A stretch of 64,000 bases of DNA. Source: Amphiscolops sp. MND2022. Its lineage: Eukaryota. Shown here piece after piece: positions 24,151 to 36,783 of this stretch; positions within the stretch are counted from its first letter, which is position 1; the number at the start of each line of letters is the position of its first letter. The position numbers and the translations under genes were made by a program. The notes beneath the pieces are model-generated. The model saw nothing but the letters and a program-made list of their open reading frames with translations, searched no databases and had not been told where the DNA came from. The DNA lies in contig OZ076409.1 in the NCBI GenBank assembly GCA_964187785.1, positions 89,964,001-90,028,000 on the forward strand, in the 5' to 3' direction.

Positions 24151-26792
24151 TTAGACTTGCTTAGCACCGCAGGTGAACGTCAACGGAGTGTGGAATGCAG
24201 GTGGCTGCACCGGGTGTAGCATCAATACGCGATCATCTTCTAAAGGCACTGTATGCGCTGCGACGCTAGCGGATTCAACTTCAGCCCATCGGTTGTAGGC
24301 AAATTCATCGTTGGGCTTCTGGGTTTGGGAGTGCTCGCCACATTGCACTACGGCATGGTCAAAGACTCCACAGTTGGTGCAATGGTAGATTCCGGGATAA
24401 CCTTCGAGAATCCCATCGGTTGTGTCTTCGGCAGTGACTTTCACGCCTTCAGGTTCGGAGGCGGCTAGGGGTTTGCGGGCTTGCTCGCGATTGGGACACT
24501 CGCGAGCGAAATGTCCGTTTTGCCCGCAGTGGAAGCAAGCACCTGCCGGTACTCGGGCGGGAACCAAAACAGCGGGAGCTGCTGGGGCATTTGAGGGAGG
24601 CGCCGGGGGTGGCAATACGCCTTGTGGCATTGTCATTTTGTTCGGCGGCAACGGTACAAAAGGATGAGGTCGAGACCTCATGGGTAATTGGGGATCATAA
24701 GGTTGTTGGGGTTGTGTTGGTTTGGGACGGTTACGCTGTAATTGGCGAGTGTTGAAGCGCAAAGACTCCACCGTAGGGGGGTCCGTGAGGAAGGTTTCTG
24801 AGGCGTACACTATGGCGAGCTCTCGTCGCAACATTGGATCTCGCACACCTTCCATAAAGCGTTGCAAGATCTCATAGCGTTTGGTAGTGATTCTCTCCTG
24901 CGGGAAGCCCTGACTTCTGAGACCCTCTAGAGCGTCCAGGTACTGCATCCAGTCCTCCTTCTCTTGTTGGACACGACTTTGGAAAGTTTGCCGTACCTGC
25001 TTGCGATTTCCTCCGGCACCGAAGCGGCTGGATAACAGCTCGAATACCTTTTCGGGAATGTCACGTTCAGACTCGGCTTTGTTGATGATGTAGTTGCGAG
25101 CTTCACCTTCGAGGTGACTGATGATGCTCCAGGCCCGGTCTTCAGCCGAGACCTTGGTCTAAATTCGTTTCAGGTATCTCTGCATGACGAGGATCCATCA
25201 ATCGATAGACCCATCCTTGGAACCACGATACACGTTGGGTCTGGTTTGGGCCAGATCCCGCCCTGCGAGCAAAGGTGCCAGCTCCTTAGACATAGCTTGG
25301 GATATGGCGGCGGTGAACCTTAGCTGCTCGGGGGAGATGACTGCAGCCTCTCCTTCCCCTTCCTTGGGTTCCACCTCGTCCGTTCCATCGTCACTACCGT
25401 GCGTGGCTAGCACCGATAGATCCATCGTCTCTTCCTTTTTTCGATGCTCGCGCAGGGAGTGCCCGAGGGCTGTCAGGTACAGGGAATTTGGTCCGGACAT
25501 TGTGGTAGGGGCCGTCATGTACGCGGCTCCTTCAGTCGGGGATCCCAGTGTGACTTTGGTGCTGGCTAAATCAACTTCGGTAGAGGAATCTAGATAGATA
25601 GTTGACATTGGGTCCACACCTTGGTCTCGGGTGGCGCTTTTGGCTGCAGATGGGGTCAACAGACTCGTAGAGTAGGAGTCATGGGGCCCTCTCATCTGCA
25701 CTCGTGCAGGCTTGCGCTCCGTGTCAGACATGATGAGCACTGGATCCTTGACCCGAGTTTCAGGCACTGTTGGTTTGGAGGCGCTAGGTTTCAGCGCGCT
25801 GGTTAACTCCGGCTTTATCGCTCGACTTGGGTGTGGTTGTTCCGGAGCCTTGGCGGAGCTCCCAGCTGGCATACCCTCTCCTGCACCAGGTGGTCGCGGG
25901 AGGGACCTCTCACGCCTCATGGTGTTGATAGCGTTGAGCACAGTATGCATTTGGTTGCTCAAGTCGTTGATCTGGGTCTCTACGCGCAGCTCACGGGCCA
26001 TTAGCAAGTCATTCATTTCGCCCATTCGATGGCCTAGTGTGTCTACTCGGGCACTCTGCACATTCTGCGCGGTACCAGTTGGTCACTGACTTGTAGCCCT
26101 TCCCGCATCGTCATTTGCATCGTTCTCATGTTCTCGACGATGGCATGATGCTGCTCGTTGCACTCAGCACGAGTGCTGGCTAATCCTGCTTAGGCACCCT
26201 GGGTCTCGGCTTGGGCATCCAATAGTGCCGCCTTATACACCGAGGACCGCTGGGACGATGCCACTGAGCCAGCCGCGCTCCTCGTACGCGGTGCATCGAG
26301 GTAGCGTTCCCCCGCGTTCATCATGGGCGGTCGCACCCTCTTGTGCTTTCCGTAGGCACAAACTCGAGTGATCCCTCGAGCGAGTCCTGACCCTTGTGGT
26401 CTCGAATAATTCGCGTTTTCCACATAGGTGGGGTCTTGGTCCACAGCGACTTGCAAGCGCGAATTCGTTTCTTCGCTCAGGGGTGCTCGAGAGCACCCTT
26501 ACTCAGCTACAGGCTCGTTAGTTACATTTGAGTTGGGCCACTCCTCTTCTGCCTCGTTGGCTCTTTCGCGGCATGTCTCGTCGACCCATTGCTCAGTGCG
26601 GCGGGAGCTTCCTGAAGTGACTGAACCGTCAGAGGGGGGAGCCATGGCGGCCAATTCCACCTTGCGTTGTTGTTCTATAGTAACTTCGTCAGACATTTCG
26701 TCTGAAAAATGCGAACCGTCCATCGAGGATTCATGTGTTGCCCAAGACTGCGAGCTCAGGTCGGACTTCGCTGGACCTCGCATGGCCATCAT
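24151..26792 (-). pseudogene. Gypsy gag (interrupted by stops)
   Basis: ORF pieces 26499-26792, 26190-26456, 25198-26061 and 24151-24948; CCHC knuckle CFHCGQNGHFAREC; in frame with pol across a single TAA at 24151-24153. Confidence 0.85.
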
Positions 26793-29700
26793 GCACTACA
26801 TCAGTGGCCAGACGAGCACTAGTAACTCAGACGTCGCCCCTGGTTTGATTTCAGAGAGTACGGGGGCCGCTCAGTCACTATCAGCTCTCTATTCGTTTCG
26901 GTGAGGACTTAAGAAAATTGTGGTTGGCTATGTCCTTAAATTTGCGAAATGCGTTCTAGGCTGCTCAAATTCGCACAGCGCTTCCTCACAAGCACACTGG
27001 GTCAGAAAATCAACCTGGTTCAGGGCAGAAAGTCTCCGGTTACTCACAGGAAGAATTTCAAGGAATTTTTGGATTTTCCAAAAATCGCACAACAAGACTC
27101 AAGAGGCTCGTGTGTGCGCTGGAAGCGCTGTATCAAGCCCCCAAATTGACCAGCAGATCTTAGGTACACGTAGGTTTACGAAAATGAACACAGTTTTGAG
27201 CTGCGCCCCTTCTACACAGTTTCACCTAGGTACAGACGTGCGGTACCACTATGTACTAAGATGCACTGTTTTTCACGTCTTTTTCAAGATTGCGGTCCAC
27301 TGGAAAGAGCTAGCAAGCTCAAATTCTCTGCAGCAACGTAGGAACTAGCACAAGTTACAATGGTGGGCTGCAATATAGCCCCACCCGTCGGCTAAGGTGC
27401 CCGGGTTACTTGGAAAAACTAAGAAAAAACTGCCTTTTTGCGCACCTTTTTGGGTGCCACGTTTTTCCTATTTTCTCAACAAGTATCACACAGATCGGCA
27501 CCAAACTTGGTAGTCTAAGCCAGTGGGCATCTACAATGCCACTAATAAAGTCGATTTGAAGCGCGAGCGCTTATTTGAGGTTTCGACCTACTATGTACGT
27601 TGTGCACGAAAAAACACTGTTTTTGACCACTTTTTTCACAAATTGACCAAGAGGACCACCTCAGGAAGTGATACGGCGGCCAAAATGGGACCAACGTGTT
27701 GCCCCACTATCCGTAGCACTGGGATAAACCTTCAATTGGTTGTGCCCGTTAAGTATGAGGCACTGACAGTCCTGCAGTTTTGGATTTTTTCGGTCTTTTT
27801 ATGCTTCTCTGAAGTCGAAACGTCAGAGAGCTTGTCTCGACTTTGTTGACCGATAAGCTCACCAAATTTTCGGCACTAACGTTAACTTTTGTGGTGATTA
27901 CGAAAATGCAACCACTTTTTGGCTAGGGTTCGGAATTGAGTGACCCGACCCTAGTCTGGAGACAGTCCGGTTTAGTGGAAAATTGACCAAGTCCAGTGCG
28001 TTTTTCCACTTTTCTCAGCACTGAACGGGAATTTTTACACGCGGTTTTCACCACCACGCGTTATTTGTATCACAAAAACAAAAAAAAGTGTTCGGAGCCG
28101 CTCTGTTCAATTAGACTTCGCTCCCAAGACTTTCAGACAATGCACTTTCTATGCCTGAAAACGCCTTAAATCACAGGTTTTTTTACACCGTGTCAGCCCC
28201 GGGCTGCCTGAATCCGCTACAAAAGTTGCAGTTGGTGTCCTGTGGGTTAATAACGCTTGCAAAAACACCGTACACTGCTTTTCTATGCTTCTATACAAGT
28301 GTACGCCTGTGCTTTTAGGTGCCTTTTAGGCCAAATTTCCACTTTTTTTGCAATTTTCTGGTACTAAATCGGCACTTTTATCACAACCAAAAGTCAGAAT
28401 ACTGCCTCGTCGACCCATTGCTCAGTGCGGCGGGACCTTCCAGAAGTGACTGAACCGTCAGAGGGGGGAGCCATGGCGGCCAATTCCACCTTGCGTTGTT
28501 GTTCTATAGTAACTTCGTCAGACATTTCGTCTGAAAAATGCGAACCGTCCATCGAGGATTCATGTGTTGCCCAAGATTGCGAGCTCAGGTCGGACTTCGC
28601 TGGACCTCGCATGGCCATCATGCACTACATCAGTGGCCAGACGAGCACTAGTAACTCAGACGTCGTCCCTGGTTGGATTTCAGAGAGTACGGGGGCCGCT
28701 CAGTCACTATCAGCTCCCTATTCATTTCGGTGAGGACTTAAGAAAATTGTGGTTGGCTATGTCCTTAATTTTCCGAAATGCGTTCTAGGGGTCGTAGGCT
28801 GCTCAAATTCGCACAGCGCTTCCTCACAAGCACACTGGGCCAGAAAATCAACCTGGTTTAGGGCAGAAAGTCTCCGGTTACTCACAGGAAGAATTTCAAG
28901 GAATTTTTGGATTTTCCAAAAAACGCACAACAAGACTCAAGAGGCTCGTGTGTGCGCTGGAAGCGCTGTATCAAACCCCAAAATCGATCAGCAGATCTTA
29001 GGTACACGTAGGTTTACGAAAAAGAACACAGTTTTGAGCTGCGCCCCTTCTACACAGTTTCACCTAGGTACAGACGTGCGGTACCACTATGTACTAAGAT
29101 GCACTGTTTTTCACGTCTTTTTCAAGATTGCGGTCCACTGGAAAGAGCTAGCAAGCTCAAATTCTCTGCAGCAACGTAAGAACTAGCATAAGTTACAATG
29201 GTGGGCTGCAATATAGCCCCACCCGTCGGCTAAGGTGCCCGGGTTACTTGGAAAAACTAAGAAAAAACTGCCTTTTTGCGCACCTTTTTGGGTGCCACGT
29301 TTTTCCTATTTTCTCAACAAGTATCACACAGATCGGCACCAAACTTGGTTGTCTAAGCCAGTGGGCATCTACAATGCCACTAATAAAGTCGATTTGAAGC
29401 GCGAGCGCGTATTTGAGGTTTCGACCTACTATGTACGTTGTGCACGAAAAAACACTGTTTTTGACCACTTTTTTCACAAATTGACCAAGAGGACCACCTC
29501 AGGAAGTGATACGGCGGGCAAAATGGGACCAACGTGTTGCCCCACTATCCGTAGCACTGGGATAAACCTTCAATTGGTTGTGCCCGTTAAGTAAAGGGCA
29601 CTGACAGTCCTGCAGTTTTGGATTTTTTCGGTCTTTTTATGCTTCTCTGAAGTCGAAACGTCAGAGAGCTTTTCTCGACTTTGGTGACCGATAAGCTCAC

Positions 29701-32700
29701 CAAATTTTCGGCACTAACGTTAACTTTTGTGGTATTTACGAAAATGCAACCACTTTTTGGCTAGGGTTCGGAATTGAGTGACCCGACCCTAGTCTGGAGA
29801 CAGTCCGGTTTAGTGGAAAATTGACCAAGTCCAGTGCGTTTTTCCACTTTTCTCAGCACTGAACGGGAATTTTTACACGCGGTTTTCACCACCACGCGTT
29901 ATTCGTATCACAAAAACAAAAAAAAGTGTTCGGAGCCGCTCTGTTCAATTAGACTTCGCTCCCAAGACTTTCAGACAATGCACTTTCTATGCCTGAAAAC
30001 GCCTTAAATCACAGGTTTTTTTACACCGTGTCAGCCCCGGGCTGCCTGAATCCGCTACAAAAGTTGCAGTTGGTGTCCTGTGGGTTAATTACGCTTGCAA
30101 AAACACCGTACACTGCTTTTCTATGCTTCTATACAAGTGTACGCCTGTGCTTTTAGGTGCCTTTTGAGCCAAATTTCCACTTTTTTTGCAATTTTCTGGT
30201 ACTAAATCGGCACTTTTATCACAACCAAAAGTCAGAATACTGCCTCGTCGACCCATTGCTCAGTGCAGCGGGACCTTCCAGAAGTGACTGAACCGTCAGA
30301 GGGGGGAGCCATGGCGGCCAATTCCACCTTGCGTTGTTGTTCTATAGTAACTTCGTCAGACATTTCGTCTGAAAAATGCGAACCGTCCATCGAGGATTCA
30401 TGTGTTGCCCAAGATTGCGAGCTCAGGTCGGACTTCGCTGGACCTCGCATGGCCATCATGCACTACATCAGTGGCCAGACGAGCACTAGTAACTCAGACG
30501 TCGCCCCTGGTTGGATTTCAGAGAGTACGGGGGCCGCTCAGTCACTATCAGTTCCCTATTCATTTCGGTGAGGACTTAAGAAAATTGTGGTTGGCTATGT
30601 CCTTAATTTTCCGAAATGCGTTCTAGGGGTCGTAGGCTGCTCAAATTCGCACAGCGCTTCCTCACAAGCACACTGGGCCAGAAAATCAACCTGGTTTAGG
30701 GCAGAAAGTCTCCGGTTACTCACAGGAAGAATTTCAAGGAATTTTTGGATTTTCCAAAAAACGCACAACAAGACTCAAGAGGCTCGTGTGTGCGCTGGAA
30801 GCGCTGTATCAAGCCCCAAAATCGATCAGCAGATCTTAGGTACACGTAGGTTTACGAAAAAGAACACAGTTTTGAGCTGCGCCCCTTCTACACAGTTTCA
30901 CCTAGGTACAGACGTGCGGTACCACTATGTACTAAGATGCACTGTTTTTCACGTCTTTTTCAAGATTGCGGTCCACTGGAAAGAGCTAGCAAGCTCAAAT
31001 TCTCTGCAGCAACGTAGGAACTAGCACAAGTTACAATGGTGGGCTGCAATATAGCCCCACCCGTCGGCTAAGGTGCCCGGGTTACTTGGAAAAACTAAGA
31101 AAAAACTGCCTTTTTGCGCACCTTTTTGGGTGCCACGTTTTTCCTATTTTCTCAACAAGTATCACACAGATCGGCACCAAACTTGGTTGTCTAAGCCAGT
31201 GGTCATCTACAATGCCACTAATAAAGTCGATTTGAAGCGCGAGCGCGTATTTGAGGTTTCGACCTACTATGTACGTTGTGCACGAAAAAACACTGTTTTT
31301 GACCACTTTTTTCACAAATTGACCAAGAGGACCACCTCAGGAAGTGATACGGCGGGCAAAATGGGACCAACGTGTTGCCCCACTATCCGTAGCACTGGGA
31401 TAAACCTTCAATTGGTTGTGCCCGTTAAGTATAAGGCACTGACAGTCCTGCAGTTTTGGATTATTTCGTCTTTTTATGCTTCTCTGAAGTCGAAACGTCA
31501 GAGAGCTTTTCTCGACTTCGGTGACCGATACGCTTACCAAAATTTAGGCACTAACGTTAATTTTTGCGGTGATTACGAAAATGCAACCACTTTTTGGCTA
31601 GGGTTCGGAATTGAGTGACCCGACCCTAGTCTGGAGACAGTCCGGTTTAGTGGAAAATTGACCAAGTCCAGTGCGTTTTTCCACTTTTCTCAGCACTGAA
31701 CGGGAATTTTTACACGCGGTTTTCACCACCACGCGTTATTTGTATCACAAAAACAAAAAAAAGTGTTCGAAGCCGCTCTGTTCAATTAGACTTCGCTCCC
31801 AAGACTTTCAGACAATGCACTTTCTATGCCTGAAAACGCCTTAAATCACAGGTTTTTTTACACCGTGTCAGCCCCGGGCTGCCTGAATCCGCTACAAAAG
31901 TTGCAGTTGGTGTCCTGTGGGTTAATTACGCTTGCAAAAACACCGTACACTGCTTTTCTGTGCTTCTATACAAGTGTACGCCTGTGCTTTCAGGTGCCTT
32001 TTAGGCCAAATTTCCACTTTTTTTGCAATTTTCTGGTACTAAATCGGCACTTTTATCACAACCAAAAGTCAGAATACTGCCTCGTCGACCCATTGCTCAG
32101 TGCGGCGGGAGCTTCCAGAAGTGACTGAACCGTCAGAGGGGGGAGCCATGGCGGCCAATTCCACCTTGCGTTGTTGTTCTATAGTAACTTCGTCAGACAT
32201 TTCGTCTGAAAAATGCGAACCGTCCATCGAGAATTCATGTGTTGCCCAAGACTGCGAGCTCAGGTCGGACTTCGCTGGACCTCGCATGGCCATCATGCAC
32301 TATATCAGTGGCCAGACGAGCACTAGTAACTCAGACGCCGCCCCTGGTTGGATTTCAGAGAGTACGGGGGCCGCTCAGTCACTATCAGCTCTCTATTCGT
32401 TTCGGTGAGGACTTAAGAAAATTGTGGTTGGCTATGTCCTTATTTTTCCGAAATGCGTTCTAGGGGTCGTAGGCTGCTCAAATTCGCACAGCGCTTCCTC
32501 ACAAGCACACTGGGCCAGAAAATCAACCTGGTTTAGGGCAGAAAGTCTCCGGTTACTCAAAGGAAGAATTTCAAGGAATTTTTGGATTTTCCAAAAAACG
32601 CACAACAAGACTCAAGAGGCTCGTGTGTGCGCTGGAAGCGCTGTATCAAGCCCCAAAATCGATCAGCAGATCTTAGGTACACGTAGGTTTACGAAAAAGA

Positions 32701-33919
32701 ACACAGTTTTGAGCTGCGCCCCTTCTACACAGTTTCACCTAGGTACAGACGTGCGGTACCACTATGTACTAAGATGCACTGTTTTTCACGTCTTTTTCAA
32801 GATTGCGGTCCACTGGAAAGAGCTAGCAAGCTCAAATTCTCTGAAGCAACGTAGGAACTAGCACAAGTTACAATGGTGGGCTGCAATATAGCCCCACCCG
32901 TCGGCTAAGGTGCCCGGGTTACTTGGAAAAACTAAGAAAAAACTGCCTTTTTGCGCACCTTTTTGGGTGCCACGTTTTTCCTATTTTCTCAAAAAGTATC
33001 ACACAGATCGGCACCAAACTTGGTAGTCTAATCCAGTGGGCATCTACAATGCCACTAATAAAGTCGATTTGAAGCGCAAGCGCTTATTTGAGGTTTCGAC
33101 CTACTATGTACGTTGTGCACGAAAAAACACTGTTTTTGACCACTTTTTTCACAAATTGACCAAGAGGACCACCTCAGGAAGTGATACGGCGGCCAGAATG
33201 GGACCAACGTGTTGCCCCACTATCCGTAGCACTGGGATAAACCTTCAATTGGTTATGCCCGTTAAGTATAAGGCACTGACAGCCCTGCAGTTTTGGATTT
33301 TTTCGGTCTTTTTATGCTTCTCTGAAGTCGAAACGTCAGAGAGCTTTTCTCGACTTTGGTGACCGATACGCTCACCAAATTTTCGGCACTAACGTTAATT
33401 TTTGTGGTGATTACGAAAATGCAACCACGTTTTGGCTAGGGTTCGGAATTGAGTGACCCGACCCTAGTCTGGAGACAGTCCGGTTCAGTGGAAAATTGAC
33501 CAAGTCCAGTGCGTTTTTCCACTTTTCTCAGCACTGAACGGGAATTTTTACACGCGGTTTTCACCACCACGCGTTATTTGTATCACAAAAACAAAAAAAA
33601 GAGTGTTCGGAGCCGCTATGTTCAATTAGACTTCGCTCCCAAGACTTTCAGACAATGCACTTTCTATGCCTGAAAACGCCTTAAATCACAGGTTTTTTTA
33701 CACCGTGTCAGCCCCGGGCTGCCTGAATCCGCTACAAAAGTTGCAGTTGGTGTCCTGTGGGTTAATTACGCTTGCAAAAACACCGTACACTGCTTTTCTA
33801 TGCTTCTATACAAGTGTACGCCTGTGCTTTTAGGTGCCTTTTAGGCCAAATTTCCACTTTTTTGCAATTTTCTGGTACTAAATCGGCACTTTTATCACAA
33901 CCAAAAGTCAGAATACTGC
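26577..33919. repeat. Tandem array of four ~1.83-kb units (Gypsy leader plus gag start)
   Basis: Units 26577-28405, 28406-30243, 30244-32080 and 32081-33919; recurring junction tactgc-CTC-gtcgaccc; ORF sets repeat in the ORF track. Confidence 0.95.
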
Positions 33920-34787
33920 CTCTCGTGCCTTGTACCAGCTTTCTCGAGCCTTGTAGCTGCTTTTCACAACACTTTTTGCAAAGTTTTCCTGGTTCCACTG
34001 AGCACGAGTGCTCGAAACCAAGAAAAACACCAAAAAAACGCAAAAATGAGGTTTTTTTCGCTCGAGTGCCATATTTTTCGCAGAAAAGCACTTCATAGGG
34101 TGTCGTTACATTTGCGAAAAAACGTGACTGACCTGCACCAACAATTCCCCGTCAAAAAAGGCGCATTTTCAAACTTTTCGCCAACCATGAGCCATTTGAG
34201 CGACACGTCTGGTCACAGGGGGTGCATCTTCTCCACGCTTTTTCTCCACATCTAGACCAGACAGAGACACGCGGTTTGGTTTAGACCATTAGCACTGTCT
34301 GCTGTTGCACTTGCTGTCCATCAAAAACCATACCTCTAAGACGTCTCCACGAGAAATGGGAGTAGAAAGTAGACAACACACGAATCGACTCTTCCCTCGC
34401 CTCGCTGGCTCATGGCCGATCACCCACCAGTTACCTTCTTGCATGGCATAAAATGGCTGAAAATAGCTCGCGAAACCTGTTAAACACCCGCAGCCACGTG
34501 CTACGGTCTTCTGTACCTGCAAAAAGATACCCGCTGATGGGTACACAACACATCACACAAAAATAGCGATTTTCTTCTAAAACACCTAAAAATGCCATTT
34601 TCACACCTGAAAACGTGATTTTTTCAAGTTTTCTCTAGTTCAACGCTTCTCCCAGTTCCAGTAGGTTGTCACACGACTAAAAAAGGGCAAAACTCTGCTT
34701 CTCTCCTTTTCCAGAGTCGAAACGGGCTTGGCGTTGATCACCAGGGGGCCAGATCTTTTAAAAACCGCTCGGGAAAGCTTCCCAAGA

Positions 34788-34807
34788 CGATCCCTCTGTG
34801 GTCGCCA
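34788..34807 (-). promoter_or_regulatory. Primer-binding site (tRNA-Arg-like)
   Basis: Minus strand TGGCGACCACAGAGGGATCG, complementary to a tRNA 3' end ...CGATCCCTCTGTGGTCGCCA; 15 nt from the LTR end. Confidence 0.7.
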
Positions 34808-34822
34808 AAAAATGAGGTTCTA

Positions 34823-35568
34823 TGTAACGATAAGCGCCGGCGCTTGAACCGTAACTTAGAGTGGAGGAACTAGAACAGCGAATATAATCTGGGACTTAGA
34901 TCTCCGCGGCCCTAGCTCATTTTCCCTCCGAAGGAGCCAGTACCAAGTTGCGGGAACCGTCTTGTAAGAAACTCTCTGGCCTGGTCCCAGTCTGTAACTG
35001 CTAAAAGTAACAGGCATCTTGCATAACTCAAGACCACTGCTCAACTAGCCTTTAAAAAGGGGGCTAAAAACAAGAGGAGGTTGAGCCATAGTATTGGAGA
35101 ATCTGATAAAATCGGCATATCCAAATAGGTAAACATAGATGTTCAAGGGCAGCTCTCGAGCATATCAATCTACAGCAAAGAGAAATACAACAAAATTAAC
35201 AGTTTGAGTCATTTTGGTAAAAACTGACCTCGGCTCCCAGCGCTAGCGCTCGTCACCACACAGGACACTGCAGGGATACTCAGGCGAACATCTGGAACAC
35301 GGGTTTCCGGTACTATAGTAGTGTCGATCTCTTGGGGATGGGCACAATACCGTGTTTTTTAGACGAAAAGTACGTCTTTTTGGTCGTTTCTTGCGTTCGC
35401 TCCTAGCGGGCGGCGATTTCTGATTTTCTGGGGTGCTTTTTCTGGCAGGTACTTCATCTTGAGCATGTTTGAGTGCCACGTCAGATTTGAACGAATTTTT
35501 GGCAAAATTTCTGAACATGTCGAGTTGCAAAACCGGTGGATATTGCTGTACCAGAGCTTGCCGTTACA
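34823..35568 (-). repeat. 5' LTR of the minus-strand Gypsy (~746 bp)
   Basis: Bounded by TGTAACG...CGTTACA inverted termini; adjacent PBS; 34939-34985 recurs at 19720-19766. Confidence 0.7.
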
Positions 35569-36091
35569 TTACATCCTGCCGAAATATTTGTTGTTATCGT
35601 GCTAAATGTGATTTTTTGCCCCAATTACTTTGGCTGCAAACATGCAGATTTGAGTTTCTAAGATTGCGTTTTTTCGGACATGGTCGCCCCATGTCAAGCT
35701 ATGGTACCACATCTCCACATTTGGAACCAAGTGATCAAGCAAATGTTGGCTTGGTGCTGTGGTTGCAAGTGACATGTTAATGTCCACAATTATCTCTCCT
35801 ACCTCTACTTTTTAAATTGGTTTCTTTCCAGTCGAACGATATACTACTTCACTATCGTAAACTTCGGATAAAGTAATTGCTCGAGTCCTAAAAGTAGTGA
35901 GTAGGAATAGATCAATACAGGTCAAAGATTTCAAACACAACAAAATGCTTCTGTTTAGGAGAGGTCCTTGGGTGTTATCTCTGAAGCACAAAATATTTTT
36001 GTTCTATTTCAGCTTTGTATTAAAAACAGATTGGTTAAAGTAAGATCTTTCCGTCAGCTAGTGTACATCAAGTTGGTCTATCAAATGATTC

Positions 36092-36635
36092 TACCCAGTG
36101 TAAAAACTCTTGCAACTCTTGATAAGAATCTTGGATATTCCTGGATTTCTTGTTAAGAATCTTGCCAAGATTCCTAACAAGAAATCCACGAATTTGCAAG
36201 ATCTTGCAAGATCGTGCCAAGAAATTCAAGAGATGAACTGACAAAAGTGAATGAAAACAAACAAAAATTGACGCCAACTGCAACTTGATCAGCATACCTA
36301 TTATGCCGCAGCTTTTTGCGCTACCAACCAAGCTATCACGTTCTTAAATTCACTACTTTATGTTGTCCTATATCCAATACTTCAAAGAATGATAGTGCAG
36401 CTGGTAGTGCGAACAACAGCAAAGAACTTGTAAACAAAATTGCCGTTTGTTTTACAACTTATTCATTCTCTTGACACTCTTGATAATACTCTTACCAAGA
36501 ATACTATCAAGAATTTCAAGATGTTTGTGTGAAGCAAGAATAGTTAAAATATTATCAAGACTTTCAAGAGTAAAGAGGAATATGTAAGAATATGCAAGAT
36601 CGTCGCAAGAGTTTCAAGAGTTTTCACACTGTGTA
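36092..36635. mobile_element. MITE with ~50-bp imperfect TIRs and TA ends (Tc1/mariner-type)
   Basis: tacccagtgtaaaaactcttgcaactcttg... at the left end versus ...caagagtttcaagagttttcacactgtgta at the right end; interior rich in tcttg/caaga sub-repeats. Confidence 0.75.
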
Positions 36636-36783
36636 CATATATCTATTATAAAACAAGATTGTTGAGAAATATAGAAAAATGCAAGATTGATTAGCTGGTA
36701 GTTTCTAGTTTTCTAGATTGATGTTTACCGAATGAATCGGTTTCAAAAAGACACCGTTCAAGTTTTAGGTTGTTTCCAGGGAA

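Larger units (their letters stand above)
19720..35568 (-). mobile_element. Ty3/Gypsy LTR retrotransposon, damaged, with a tandemly amplified 5' region
   Basis: Minus-strand order LTR-PBS-long leader-gag-PR-RT-RH-IN; in-frame stops and frameshifts; a 3' LTR fragment abuts the gap. Confidence 0.92.

Noticed and set aside
24151..24153. Programmed gag-pol stop read-through
   Set aside because: The element has several other stops, so a CAA-to-TAA decay mutation is equally likely; undecidable from one copy.
26428..33362. Repeated plus-strand ORFs (102-181 aa) as a gene cluster
   Set aside because: They are antisense to the Gypsy leader/gag, have no motifs, are broken at different points among copies, and recur only because the DNA is repeated.
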